A DNA stretch of 64,000 nucleotides from an uncultured Planctomycetia bacterium (GTDB lineage Bacteria; Omnitrophota; Gorgyraeia; 2-02-FULL-51-18): the NCBI GenBank assembly GCA_964642015.1, contig CAZXLF010000002.1, positions 287,678 to 351,677 on the forward strand, in the 5' to 3' direction. Below, piece after piece: positions 10,411-22,729 of the stretch; the first letter of the stretch is position 1; each line of letters opens with the position of its first letter. A program made the position numbers and the translations under genes. The notes under the pieces are model-generated. The model was not told where the DNA came from, did not search any database, and was given only the letters and a program-made list of their open reading frames with translations.

Positions 10411-11347
10411 AGCGCTTGAAAATTTTAAAGAAAACCGTGCGACTGAGCGCCGTTTGCCGAATTGGCTTCGTATGAATTTGGCTGTAGGTCAGGAGGCCGT
10501 TCGGACGGATGCGGTATTAAAAGAGTTCGGGCTTCATACGATCTGTGAAAGCGGCAGGTGCCCAAACCGCGATCATTGTTATTCGCAAAAGACCGCGACG
10601 TTCATGATCATGGGCGATATTTGCACGAGGAGCTGTCACTTTTGCTCGGTGAGCACAGGGCGTCCGGATGCTTTGGATCTCGATGAGCCCAGACGCGTCG
10701 CCGAAGCGGTAAAGATTTTGGGCTTGAAGCACGTCGTTGTGACGTCAGTGAATCGTGACGATCTTCAAGATGAAGGTGCGGAGCATTTTGCGCAGGTAAT
10801 CCGTGCTTTGAGGGCGAATTCCAAAGACATGATTATCGAAATTTTGACGCCGGATTTTCGAAAAACACAGGCGGATGCGGTCAGGTTAATCTTGAAGGAG
10901 TTGCCGGATATTTTTAATCATAATACCGAAACGGTCCCGCGTCTCTATAAAGAAGTCCGGCCGCAAGGGGATTATAAACGGTCGCTTCAGATCTTTCGCG
11001 AAATTCGTAGGCAAAGCGACCGCGTGATCACGAAAAGCGGTTTGATGCTGGGGCTGGGTGAAACAAAACAGGAAGTACTTGAAGTGTTGAGAGATCTTAG
11101 ATTGGCTGATTGCGAAATGCTGACGTTGGGACAATATTTGAAATCCAGCGCCGCGGGCTTGCCCGTGGCCGAATACATCCATCCCCAGCAATTTTTATTT
11201 TATAAGAATGAAGCGTTGAAAATGGGGTTTACATGGGTCGAAAGCGCTCCCTTTGTAAGAAGCTCTTTTCACGCAAAAGAATCCTTTGAGGCGCTGCAAT
11301 CATCGCTGGCGGCACGCCGTCAGGCAAAATTAATAGAGAGGAATTAA
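10403..11347 (+). CDS. lipA: lipoyl synthase; start probably TTG at 10403
   Basis: Radical-SAM protein. The auxiliary cluster motif is CESGRCPNRDHC and the radical-SAM cluster motif is CTRSCHFCSV. The conserved RLPNWLRMNL N-terminal element lies upstream of the first in-frame ATG (10472). The ATG at 10346 lies inside lpdA. Confidence 0.8.
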   Translation: MPRALENFKENRATERRLPNWLRMNLAVGQEAVRTDAVLKEFGLHTICESGRCPNRDHCYSQKTATFMIMGDICTRSCHFCSVSTGRPDALDLDEPRRVAEAVKILGLKHVVVTSVNRDDLQDEGAEHFAQVIRALRANSKDMIIEILTPDFRKTQADAVRLILKELPDIFNHNTETVPRLYKEVRPQGDYKRSLQIFREIRRQSDRVITKSGLMLGLGETKQEVLEVLRDLRLADCEMLTLGQYLKSSAAGLPVAEYIHPQQFLFYKNEALKMGFTWVESAPFVRSSFHAKESFEALQSSLAARRQAKLIERN

Positions 11348-11348
11348 C

Positions 11349-12533
11349 ATGCAAGAAGCAAACCGGTTAAAAAGACTGCCGCTTTATCTTTTCACGATCA
11401 TCGATGAGTTGAAAAAGCGCGCCAGAGAAAAAGGTGTCGATGTCATTGATTTTGGGATGGGCAGTCCCGACCAGCCGACGCCGCGCCACATCGTGGATAA
11501 ATTATGCGAATCCGCGCAGATCACTGAAAATCACCGTTATTCTAGAGCGGACGGAGACGTTGAAAGAAGATTAAGACAGACGATCGCCAATTGGTACAAC
11601 CGCCATTTTGGTGTGAAACTCGACCCTAATACAGAAGTGCTTCCGTTGATCGGCTCGAAAGAAGGTATCGCGCATCTGTCGCTAGCGTACCTCAATAATG
11701 ATGATATTGCTTTGGTGCCGAATCCCGCCTATCCGGTGCACTTTAACGGCGTCATCATGGCCGGAGGGATCCTTTATAATATTCCCATTTCAGCAGAGAA
11801 TGGTTTCTTGCCGGATCTGAATTCTGTTCCCAAAGAAGTTGTTAAAATGGCAAAGCTGATGTTTATCAGCTATCCTCACAATCCAACTGGAGCGGTGTGC
11901 GACATCAAATTCTATGAAAAAGTAGTAGATTGGGCCAAAGGTAAAAATATTATTGTCGCGTCCGATCTGACCTATTCTGATATCGTATTCGACGGTTTTA
12001 AAGCACCAAGCTTTTTACAGGTCAAAGGCGCGAGGGATTTCGGGATAGAGTTCCATACTTTGTCCAAATCTTACAACATGGCTGGGTGGCGCATTGGTTT
12101 TGTTGTTGGCAATGCGGATATACTTAAAACGCTTGCGAAGACCAAAAGTTATCTTGATTTCGGGATCTTCCGCGCTGTTCAAGAGGCAGCGATCGCAGCT
12201 CTTGACGGTCCTCAGGACTGCGTGGCAAACATGGTCAAGTTGTATAAAGAAAGGCGCGATGTGTTGGTCGACGGTTTGAATGAGATCGGTTGGAAAACCG
12301 AGAAACCCAAAGCCACATTTTATGTATGGACGCGCATCCCGCATAAATATTCGGCATTGACAGCGCTAGAATTCGCGACGCTCATGGTAGACGAGATCGG
12401 GGTCGCTGTTGCGCCTGGTACCGGTTTTGGCGAATACGGAGAAGGTTATGTACGCTTCGCGCTCGTCGAACCTGTCGATCGTATTAAAATTGCGCTTAAA
12501 CAGATCAAAAAACTTCTGGAAGCCAAAGCTTAG
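11349..12533 (+). CDS. class I PLP-dependent aminotransferase (LL-diaminopimelate/alanine aminotransferase-like)
   Basis: 394 aa with the PLP-Lys motif LSKSYNMAGWRIGF and an N-terminal VIDFGMGSPDQPTP. Confidence 0.7.
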   Translation: MQEANRLKRLPLYLFTIIDELKKRAREKGVDVIDFGMGSPDQPTPRHIVDKLCESAQITENHRYSRADGDVERRLRQTIANWYNRHFGVKLDPNTEVLPLIGSKEGIAHLSLAYLNNDDIALVPNPAYPVHFNGVIMAGGILYNIPISAENGFLPDLNSVPKEVVKMAKLMFISYPHNPTGAVCDIKFYEKVVDWAKGKNIIVASDLTYSDIVFDGFKAPSFLQVKGARDFGIEFHTLSKSYNMAGWRIGFVVGNADILKTLAKTKSYLDFGIFRAVQEAAIAALDGPQDCVANMVKLYKERRDVLVDGLNEIGWKTEKPKATFYVWTRIPHKYSALTALEFATLMVDEIGVAVAPGTGFGEYGEGYVRFALVEPVDRIKIALKQIKKLLEAKA

Positions 12534-12538
12534 CCGTA

Positions 12539-13237
12539 ATGGCGACTTTGACCAACGCCGATTGTCTTGTCATTATCCCCGCCTACAATGCAGAGAGGGA
12601 TATTTCTGAATTAATTCAAGCGATCAGAGCATTTGGTTTCACAGTTCTTGTTATCGACGACGGATCAAAAGATGCGACCGCCGCAAAGGCTGAAAAAGCC
12701 GGCGCGACCGTTTTGATCTCAAAAGTCAACCAAGGCAAAGGCGCAGCGCTGAGGCGCGGTTTTGACTGGTTTCTTAAACAAAATTATTCCGCGGCCATTA
12801 TCATGGATTCCGACGGACAGCATGATCCGAAGGAATTAAGATTGTTTATCGATGCTCTAGGTCAAAATGACGGCCAGGTTTTTATCGGGAATCGTCTGGA
12901 CGATTCAAAAAATATGCCCTGGATCCGAAAGGCGACCAATCGTTTCATGTCTTGGATCGTTTCCTCTGTGGCTAAGCAAAGCATCCCTGATTCTCAATGC
13001 GGTTATCGAGCGATCAAACGCGAAGTCCTGGAAAAGATCTCTCTGACGACTTGCCGTTTTGAAATAGATTCCGAGATTCTTTTTGAGACGGCCCGTGCGG
13101 GATTCAAAATAATATCCGTTCCTATTCGCTGTGTGTACCGGAACGAAAAAAGTCATATCAATCCTTTCCGGGATACGATCCGATTTTTTAGATTTCTTTT
13201 TGGCTATATTTCACAGCCCGTATCAAAGACTGGGTGA
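12539..13237 (+). CDS. family 2 glycosyltransferase (polyprenyl-phosphate sugar transferase-like)
   Basis: LVIIPAYNAERDISELI...VLVIDDGSKDAT...DSDGQHDP are GT2 DxD-type motifs. Confidence 0.75.
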   Translation: MATLTNADCLVIIPAYNAERDISELIQAIRAFGFTVLVIDDGSKDATAAKAEKAGATVLISKVNQGKGAALRRGFDWFLKQNYSAAIIMDSDGQHDPKELRLFIDALGQNDGQVFIGNRLDDSKNMPWIRKATNRFMSWIVSSVAKQSIPDSQCGYRAIKREVLEKISLTTCRFEIDSEILFETARAGFKIISVPIRCVYRNEKSHINPFRDTIRFFRFLFGYISQPVSKTG

Positions 13238-13842
13238 TAAAGGTGAAGCCGCGCATTTTTAAATCCGCGCTTATTTTGGGATTCTTTCTTATTTTATCTG
13301 GACAGGCGAGTCTTGTCGCGGCACCTTCCACGGTTCCAACACAGGATGACTGGAAGGTTTATAAGAAGCAAGATTTTCATTTTGAATTTAAAGCCCCCGC
13401 AGGATCTTTCGGCGATGAAAATATTGATGCGACTCCGGGTTGGTTTATAGCCTCTGGAGCATTTGCGGATATTTTGGTGATGCCTGAAAAAGAAACGGTC
13501 GACCGCGCTGGCGCCCGCGTCCACTCCGCTAGCGCTGTATTCTATGCGGAGATCTTGATCAATGACGCAGTCAAATATGATAATGAAAAAGACGACCAAT
13601 TCGTCAAAGCAATCATTGAAAATATTTCGGTCAAGGATGGAGAAGGCCTGAAACTCACGATCGTTTATGATTTTGGAAACGCGCCGTGCGTGAGTCAGCC
13701 GGATGAAGAACCGTGCCCGTCCAGCGTTGAAACTTATTATATTTTTTACAAAGCACCTTATGTTTATCAGTTTTCTCTGCATGACGGCGCTGACAGCAAG
13801 ACCATGGATTCGATTGCTTCGACGTTTACATTTCTTTCCTAA
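13234..13842 (+). CDS. hypothetical secreted protein
   Basis: Signal peptide MIKVKPRIFKSALILGFFLILSGQASLVAA. No recognisable motifs. Start overlaps the GT2 gene stop. Confidence 0.5.
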   Translation: MIKVKPRIFKSALILGFFLILSGQASLVAAPSTVPTQDDWKVYKKQDFHFEFKAPAGSFGDENIDATPGWFIASGAFADILVMPEKETVDRAGARVHSASAVFYAEILINDAVKYDNEKDDQFVKAIIENISVKDGEGLKLTIVYDFGNAPCVSQPDEEPCPSSVETYYIFYKAPYVYQFSLHDGADSKTMDSIASTFTFLS

Positions 13843-13904
13843 AAAGCGTTTTGCTTGACAAACCAAAGCATCAAGCATAAACTTACACGCGACAACTGAA
13901 TATA

Positions 13905-14150
13905 CGAAGATAGTGGTTACCCTTAACCGGGTATTCCGCCACAAAGCGTGGCGGACCCGCCAAGAAATTTGGCGGAGAAAAGGGAAGGCTGTGATCCGCG
14001 TGACGCGGAGAATCAGACACGGTCCCGCCGCTGTAACCCCGTCTTTTTCCGAAAGGAAAAAGAAACCGATTGGTGATATCAGGCCACTGTCCGCTTCGAG
14101 CGGATGGGAAGGCGGACCAAAAGGCGGGGGAGTCAGAAGACCTGCCCTAT
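13905..14150 (+). promoter_or_regulatory. cobalamin (B12) riboswitch aptamer
   Basis: Matches conserved RF00174 elements: AAGGGAAGGCTGTGATCC...CGGTCCCGCCGCTGTAACC (13980-14038), GGCCACTG...GGGAAGGCGG (14082-14116), and the B12-box AGTCAGAAGACCTGCCC (14131-14147). Located upstream of a TonB-dependent receptor. Confidence 0.85.
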
Positions 14151-14233
14151 CTTGCGAAAAACATACGTTTCTTTTCGAGGCCGAAAGAATCGTCTATTTT
14201 TTTCTTAAGGGGCCATGAAATCCAGGACTTGCA

Positions 14234-14277
14234 CCCTTAAAAACTGCGAAATGCGGTTTTTAAGGGTTTTTTGTTTT
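14234..14277 (+). terminator. intrinsic terminator acting as the riboswitch expression platform (attenuator)
   Basis: 14-bp stem CCCTTAAAAACTGC / GCGGTTTTTAAGGG (one G-U pair), loop AAAT, then TTTTTTGTTTT. It sits between the aptamer and the receptor start codon. The upstream CTTAAGGGG (14205-14213) could form an alternative pairing. Confidence 0.7.
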
Positions 14278-14289
14278 AAAGGAACCCCT

Positions 14290-16464
14290 ATGACACACAA
14301 AACGATCGTATCCATCCTTCTTCTTTTCTTCGGGATCTCCGGTATTGTCAGCGCTGACACATCGAGCAATGACACGACCAAAAATAATAAACCGCAATTG
14401 AATATCGTCAAAGACGCGCTTGACCTTCCCTTTAAAGCTGCGCAAGGCGTTGTCGGCACCGTATTCGATCTTGGCAGCATTGCCGTCGGCGGTAAACGGC
14501 TTGGGAGCCCATTCCATGAATTTGTTACGAGTAGTGAAAGTTCGACAAGCGTTGTGACAAAAGAGGATATTGAATTATCCGGAGCCAAAAATGTGCCTGA
14601 AGCCCTTGGCGAAACTCCCGGCGTGATCTTATCGGACCTCGTCGGCAACGGTGAAGAGCCCACACTTGATTATCGCGGATTTAACGAAGGACAGGATTTT
14701 ACATTTTTACTCGACGGCGTGCGTTTGAACGAGCCGAAATCGAACAATATTAATTTTCCGCTGATACCTGTGAGCCTTATCGATAGGATCGAAGTGAGCC
14801 GCGGAGGCGCTTCATTTCTTTACGGAGAGGGTTCTATGGGAGGCGTCGCTAATATCGTGGGGCTTTTTCCAAAAGAGAACGGTTTCCATGCGGGCATCAA
14901 ATCGCTTGTAGGGAGTTTTGATGAATGGGGAGAAAATATCGATGTCAGCGCCAAACAAAATGGCATAGGTGTTTTTATGACAGGCGATACTTATCATACT
15001 GCTGGATTTCGTCAGAATACTTCGGTGGAAAAACAGGATTTTTACACGAAATTGGTCTGGGATATTTCTGACAAGGCGCAAGTGGGAATGACCTATCTTT
15101 ATGCCAATGCGGACCTGGACCGTTCAGGTAGCATTCGCGAGACGTATCTCAGAATGTTCGGCAGAGAAGCGACGGAACGGCCGAGAAATTTTGCTGACCT
15201 TGATTCGAACCTTGGGATCATAGATCTTAGTCTTAAACCGATCGACAGTGTGGCGCTGACTGGCAATTTGTATCTGCGCAGAAGCACCGAGCTTTCGGTG
15301 GCAAATTTTGCTACGTTCGACACCAACGATAATTTGTTGGATTTGGATATCAATACGTGGGGGTTCACGCTTCAGGCTGATCACTCGAAAGAGGTTATCT
15401 GGGACATTACGGAAGGTTTTCTGGTCGGAGCGGACTATGCGAATAATGACATCGACGAAGAGGACTATAATCGCTCCAAGGCAACTTTGCAGACGCTTGA
15501 TAAGACTGTGGACGCGAAATCCCGCAAGGAAGCGGCCGGTGTTTTTTCGAAAGTATCCTTATCCTGGAATGATCGGGCCGGTGCTTATTACGGCATCCGT
15601 TATGACGATATTCATTTCCATAACAACGATCTGATTAATTTGGATAATAACCAGCCCAGTGAGATTTCTAAGGTGAGCCAGTCTCTCGGCACTTCCTATC
15701 AGTTGTTCCAGCCGTTAGCGCTTTCAGCGACATACAGCCATTCGTTCAGATCTCCGACAATAGCCGATCTGTATGCCAACCCGCTTTTCGGAGGAAACCC
15801 GGCGTTGAAACCTGAAGAATCCTCGGATTATGAAGTCGGTGCAAAATGGCATCAGGATAAACTACTAGCATCTACGACTTTATTTCTTGACCGCAGAGTG
15901 AATGAAATTGGTTTTGATCCAAACCTTACTGATTCGACGCATCTTTTCGGAAGGAACAATAATCTCGGAAAAACTGAACGCGTTGGCGTGGAAAATTTTG
16001 TTGAGTCAAAGATAACTTCATGGGCCCGTTTACGAGGAAGCCATACCTACACCGAAGCTATCTTTAAATCGAATACTGCGACAGCCCAGATCAGTGGCGA
16101 CCATATTCCGATGGTTCCTAGAAATCGGTTCACAACAAGTTTACTGATCCAACCGGTGGCAGATCTTGACCTGAATCTAAGCATGGTCTCTGTATCCAAA
16201 CAAGTTCTGACCAATGATCTGACCAACGATCGCAATGGTGAGCGGCTACCTAGTTATACCGTATTTAATTTCAAAACGATCTACCGGTTTAAAGGTTGGG
16301 CTTTTTCGTTCGAAATAAGGAACCTGTTCGATGAGCAGTATGAGATCGGTGGGAGCATCGGCGCGCCGCCTTCAGCGTTCAATACGGATCACACTGTGGA
16401 GGACAATTTTTTCGTTCCTGCTCCGGGCCGTAGTTATCGGGGAACGGCTAGCTATTCCTGGTAA
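14290..16464 (+). CDS. TonB-dependent outer-membrane receptor (BtuB-like, riboswitch-controlled)
   Basis: Signal peptide MTHKTIVSILLLFFGISGIVSA. Plug domain with a TonB-box-like region. Long beta-barrel with alternating aromatic residues and a C-terminal YSW. The ORF-track start at 14215 lies inside the attenuator. An AAGGA RBS precedes the ATG at 14290. Confidence 0.8.
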   Translation: MTHKTIVSILLLFFGISGIVSADTSSNDTTKNNKPQLNIVKDALDLPFKAAQGVVGTVFDLGSIAVGGKRLGSPFHEFVTSSESSTSVVTKEDIELSGAKNVPEALGETPGVILSDLVGNGEEPTLDYRGFNEGQDFTFLLDGVRLNEPKSNNINFPLIPVSLIDRIEVSRGGASFLYGEGSMGGVANIVGLFPKENGFHAGIKSLVGSFDEWGENIDVSAKQNGIGVFMTGDTYHTAGFRQNTSVEKQDFYTKLVWDISDKAQVGMTYLYANADLDRSGSIRETYLRMFGREATERPRNFADLDSNLGIIDLSLKPIDSVALTGNLYLRRSTELSVANFATFDTNDNLLDLDINTWGFTLQADHSKEVIWDITEGFLVGADYANNDIDEEDYNRSKATLQTLDKTVDAKSRKEAAGVFSKVSLSWNDRAGAYYGIRYDDIHFHNNDLINLDNNQPSEISKVSQSLGTSYQLFQPLALSATYSHSFRSPTIADLYANPLFGGNPALKPEESSDYEVGAKWHQDKLLASTTLFLDRRVNEIGFDPNLTDSTHLFGRNNNLGKTERVGVENFVESKITSWARLRGSHTYTEAIFKSNTATAQISGDHIPMVPRNRFTTSLLIQPVADLDLNLSMVSVSKQVLTNDLTNDRNGERLPSYTVFNFKTIYRFKGWAFSFEIRNLFDEQYEIGGSIGAPPSAFNTDHTVEDNFFVPAPGRSYRGTASYSW

Positions 16465-16514
16465 AGCAATTCGTTTGCAGTCTGATAGGCGCTTGTCTAT
16501 AATAAAGGCAGATT

Positions 16515-17165
16515 ATGCCTTTTAAGACCACCGCTTTAGCCTTTATAGCCTCGCTGGCCGCGCATGCGCTTGTTGTGGCGTCCTTGGACCCGTCTTTTTG
16601 GGAAAATAAGGACATCAGTGACCGGCTTGTCGACATTTCCTATGTTCGTTACAAAGAAGATGTTCCGAATTATCAGCAGCTCAAATATCCGCCCGTTGTA
16701 AGGAATCCAAGCAAAGTAAAAAAACCTCAGATCGAAGCCCAGGTTTTAGAACAACATCGAGAGATCTCGCCGCTTAAAACCCAACCGTTACCTGCCGCAC
16801 CGGTTCTGGCACCTATCAGTCTTCCCAGAACAGGGAGCAGTGAGGAACTTGTAAGCGACCCGCACAAGGGCAAGGTTTTTTTGAACTATTTCGGACTGAT
16901 CAAACAAAGGGTGCGGCGCGTCGTGGAGAGGAAATATCCCGGCGAACAAATGGAGCACGGCGATGTTTCACTGATGTTCGTGCTGAAATCCGATGGTACG
17001 CTGGTCAACGTTTCCGCCGTTGAAAAAGATTCAAGCGCTGATGAGGTGATGAAAGACTTTGCAATACGGTGTGTCAAAGAGTGTGCGCCGTTCCCTCATT
17101 TTCCGAAAGAACTTGATATGGAAAGGATTTCCTTCAACCTCTCGATCTTGTTCGACGAATCCTGA
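16515..17165 (+). CDS. TonB family energy-transducer protein
   Basis: N-terminal TM helix, a Pro-rich linker (PLPAAPVLAPISLP) and a C-terminal TonB-C-like domain (VFLNYFGLIKQRV...GDVSLMFVLKSDGTLVNVSAVEKDSS...). Confidence 0.6.
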   Translation: MPFKTTALAFIASLAAHALVVASLDPSFWENKDISDRLVDISYVRYKEDVPNYQQLKYPPVVRNPSKVKKPQIEAQVLEQHREISPLKTQPLPAAPVLAPISLPRTGSSEELVSDPHKGKVFLNYFGLIKQRVRRVVERKYPGEQMEHGDVSLMFVLKSDGTLVNVSAVEKDSSADEVMKDFAIRCVKECAPFPHFPKELDMERISFNLSILFDES

Positions 17166-17168
17166 TCC

Positions 17169-19109
17169 ATGTCAAAAAATAAGTCAAAGAAGAAAATTCC
17201 ACGGGCTGTAAGCCTGCCAAAAAAGAATCCTTCCAATTTTCCAATTATATTCGCTTTGGTGTTGGGCCTAGCCGTCCGAGTGTTTTATCTTATTTTTTCT
17301 CAGAAAAGCCCGTTTTACGAACCGCTTCTTTTGGATCCGGCCTACTATCACCAGTGGGCGCAGAGGATCCTGAACGGTGATTGGGTAGGCGATCCCGTTT
17401 TTTACGGATTGCCGCTGTATCCTTTCTTTTTGGCGCTTTGTTACAAAGTTTTCAATGGCTCATTATTAGCCGTAAAGATCATTCAAGCGGCGCTTGGGAT
17501 TGTCACATTGTTTTTTATTTACAAGATCGGCGAGAAGATCGCTTCCCGGATAGTCGGAATCATCGCCGTATTTTTAGCGGCGCTTTATGGGCCGCTGTTT
17601 TTTCATGAAGGAATTCTTATTCCGGAAGCGTTAAGTCTCCCGCTTTATGCGATAAGTTTTTATCTTGCTGTCTCCTTTGAAGAAGAACCAACGTTTAGAA
17701 AAGGCGTGCTGTTGGGTTTGTCTTGCGGTTTGGCGGCGCTGACGAAAGCAGGCATCATCCCATTCGTGTTTATTTTTATTGGTTTAAATCTGATCCGAGA
17801 AATAAAAGGAAAGAAAGGGATGTATACCGCGATTTTTTCTATGCTCGCAGTTTTTCTTTTAACGCTTGTTCCGGTGACTTTGCACAATTTTATTTTAGGA
17901 AAAGACAGAGTGCTTTTGACCTCGCATTCCGGGTTTAATTTTTATATTGGCAATAACCCAAAAGCCGAGGGCGTTTTCACCGCGCCTGAAGGTGTGGGTT
18001 CGAATGTCGAATCCCAGATAGCGGATTCAAAAGCCGTAGCTGAAAAGGAACTTGGCAGAGAGCTTAAGCCGTCGGAAGTGTCCAAATACTGGTCCGACAA
18101 GGCGTGGGATTATATCAAAAATAATTCCGTAGATTTTTTAAGGCTGTGTCTAAGAAAAGTGGCGCTGTTTTTTGATGCCAGAGAAATATCTGACGTCGAC
18201 GACTATGTTTTTTGCGCTATTTTTAACCCGGCACTTCGCGTCCCATGGCTCAATTTTTCTATTTTAGGTCCGCTGTTTTTGCTCGGCTCATTGGTTTCAT
18301 TCGCGTTATTGCGGCATAAACCCTTGATCTATTCATGGACATTGTCTTACCTGGCGGGGATCATTTTATTCTTTGTGAACGCCCGCTATCGTTTGCCTCT
18401 TTTGAGCATTATGTTTCCGGTGGCTGCTGTAGCTGTTGTGGACCTTTACGAAAAAGCCAAAAACAAAGCGTGGTTTGGTCTTGGTTTGCGGATCGCCGTT
18501 TTGCTCTTAGGGATCGCTCTGACGCAAGCAAGGCTGGTCGGTATCGATCGCGCGCATGATTATGTAAATGCCGGTGACGCAGAATCCATCAAGAGCGATT
18601 ATGATCAAGCCGAATCGCTTTATAGAGAAGCGCTTAAAATAGACCCTCAATTCGTGAAGGCCAATCAGGCCATGGGGGTTTTATTAAGCCGGTTGGGGAA
18701 AACTGATGAAGCGATGGAATATTATCAAAAAGCGCTTCAAGAAGACCCTAACAATTATCAATCGCACAATAATATAGGACTTTGGTATGACAAAGAAGGA
18801 AACCTGGTCGAAGCAAAAAACCATTTTTTGAAAGCGATCGAATTAAAACCTACCTCTTCCCAGGCGCATAACAACCTGGGTATGGTCTATGGCAAAGAGG
18901 GTGAAGCTGAGAAAGCGGTGAAGGAGTTTGAAACCTCGTTAAAGCTGGATCCTAATAACGCAAGAACTGAAACTAACTTAGGGTTGGTTTTATACCATGT
19001 AGGTAAGATCGATCAGGCAAAAGAAGCATGGGAATCGGCGCTTAAGATCGACCCGGGATTTGAATTAGCCAAGAAAGCTTTAACTTTGCTAAAGGAGAGA
19101 CAATCTTAG
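17169..19109 (+). CDS. membrane glycosyltransferase family 39 (ArnT/PMT-like) fused to C-terminal TPR repeats
   Basis: About 11 TM helices in the first ~450 aa. Then at least four TPR units (AESLYREALKIDPQF, AMEYYQKALQEDPNN, AKNHFLKAIELKPTS, AVKEFETSLKLDPNN). Confidence 0.65.
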   Translation: MSKNKSKKKIPRAVSLPKKNPSNFPIIFALVLGLAVRVFYLIFSQKSPFYEPLLLDPAYYHQWAQRILNGDWVGDPVFYGLPLYPFFLALCYKVFNGSLLAVKIIQAALGIVTLFFIYKIGEKIASRIVGIIAVFLAALYGPLFFHEGILIPEALSLPLYAISFYLAVSFEEEPTFRKGVLLGLSCGLAALTKAGIIPFVFIFIGLNLIREIKGKKGMYTAIFSMLAVFLLTLVPVTLHNFILGKDRVLLTSHSGFNFYIGNNPKAEGVFTAPEGVGSNVESQIADSKAVAEKELGRELKPSEVSKYWSDKAWDYIKNNSVDFLRLCLRKVALFFDAREISDVDDYVFCAIFNPALRVPWLNFSILGPLFLLGSLVSFALLRHKPLIYSWTLSYLAGIILFFVNARYRLPLLSIMFPVAAVAVVDLYEKAKNKAWFGLGLRIAVLLLGIALTQARLVGIDRAHDYVNAGDAESIKSDYDQAESLYREALKIDPQFVKANQAMGVLLSRLGKTDEAMEYYQKALQEDPNNYQSHNNIGLWYDKEGNLVEAKNHFLKAIELKPTSSQAHNNLGMVYGKEGEAEKAVKEFETSLKLDPNNARTETNLGLVLYHVGKIDQAKEAWESALKIDPGFELAKKALTLLKERQS

Positions 19110-19150
19110 AGTTGGATATGGACATAAATCTTTAAAAAAGTTATAATTAA

Positions 19151-20272
<1,122 letters not shown>

Positions 20273-20275
20273 TCT

Positions 20276-21474
<1,199 letters not shown>

Positions 21475-21478
<4 letters not shown>

Positions 21479-22257
21479 GTCATTCCGCACGAAAAACGCT
21501 GATCGCCGGAAATTGGAAGCTTAACAAGACCATTCGCGAAGCGATCGATCTGGTTACTCTGCTCAAACGTCAACTGGGAGACCTTCAAAACGTCGATATT
21601 GTGGTTTGCCCTCCTTACACGGCTTTAAGTGAAGCGGCCGAGATCCTTTCCGAATCCGATATTCAATTGGGAGCACAGGATCTTTACTGGGAAGAGAAAG
21701 GCGCTTTTACCGGCGAAATCTCGGGTAGCATGATCAAAGAGGCCGGAGCGCAGTTTGTGATCATCGGCCATTCCGAACGCCGGCAATTTTTCCATGAAAC
21801 CAACGAAACGGTGAACAAAAAAACCAAAGCCGCGCTGAAGAATAATCTGACACCGATCGTATGCGTGGGCGAGATGCTTTCCGAGCGCGAAAACGGAAAA
21901 ACTTTTCAGATCATTCAATCGCAGTTCGCCGGCGCTTTTTCGCATTTTACAGCCGAGGAAATGAAAAAGCTTGTAATCGCTTATGAACCGGTTTGGGCCA
22001 TTGGGACCGGTAAGGTAGCGACGCCTCAGCAGGCCGAAGAGGTTCATGCGTTCATCCGCAAAGAAATCTCAAAGGCTTTTGGCGATGAGGTCGCGGCAGG
22101 ATTGCGAATATTGTACGGCGGTAGCGTGAAACCTGACAATATTTCTAGTCTGATGAATGAACCGGATATCGATGGCGCTCTTGTAGGCGGCGCAAGTCTT
22201 GAGGCGGCGCAATTTTCCGATATTGTGAAACATGCGGCTACGGTCGCGATAAAATAA
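21475..22257 (+). CDS. tpiA: triosephosphate isomerase
   Basis: IAGNWKLN, IGHSERR and AYEPVWAIGTGK catalytic motifs. Overlaps the pgk stop. Confidence 0.93.
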
Positions 22258-22267
22258 AGAGGATAAA

Positions 22268-22729
22268 ATGCAGATTTTTTTGATCATTATTCATGTCATC
22301 GCATGTCTTTTCTTGATCGCCGTGATCCTTTTACAGGCCGGCCGCGGAGGCGGACTTTCTGATATTGCCGGCGGTTCTCAAGCTCAAAGTATTTTGGGAA
22401 CCGAAACGAATACTTTCATGAAGCGCCTTACCGAAATATTCGCGATCGTTTTTATCGTTACATCGCTTTCGCTTGGAATTATTTCAACGCATAAAGGCAA
22501 GTCGCTTATCGAGCAGAGAAGAATGGCTCAAAACCTGGGGAAGAAATTTCCTTTGCCTGTGCAATCTTCAGCATCTGAAGTTGCTGTCAAAGAATCTTCG
22601 CCTGGACCTGTGGCTGTCGCACCTATTGCTAAAGCTGAGTCCAAACCAGTTGCCGTTCCTGCGGCTCCGGCTGCTCCAGTGAGTGCAGCACCCGCGGCAA
22701 AAGCATCTCCAGAGGGTAATGCGAAATAA
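22268..22729 (+). CDS. secG: preprotein translocase subunit SecG with an Ala/Pro-rich C-terminal extension
   Basis: MQIFLIIIHVIACLFLIAVILLQAGRGGGLSDIAGG is the SecG signature. Canonical position after tpiA. Confidence 0.85.
   Translation: MQIFLIIIHVIACLFLIAVILLQAGRGGGLSDIAGGSQAQSILGTETNTFMKRLTEIFAIVFIVTSLSLGIISTHKGKSLIEQRRMAQNLGKKFPLPVQSSASEVAVKESSPGPVAVAPIAKAESKPVAVPAAPAAPVSAAPAAKASPEGNAK

Noticed and set aside
13913-14218. 101-aa + strand ORF (MVTLNRVFRHKAWRTRQ...)
   Set aside because: It lies entirely over the cobalamin riboswitch aptamer, has an Arg-rich low-complexity translation and no RBS. Explained as non-coding structured RNA.
14215-14289. Upstream ATG extension of the TonB-dependent receptor ORF
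   Set aside because: The extension overlaps the attenuator hairpin. The signal peptide and RBS sit at the 14290 ATG.
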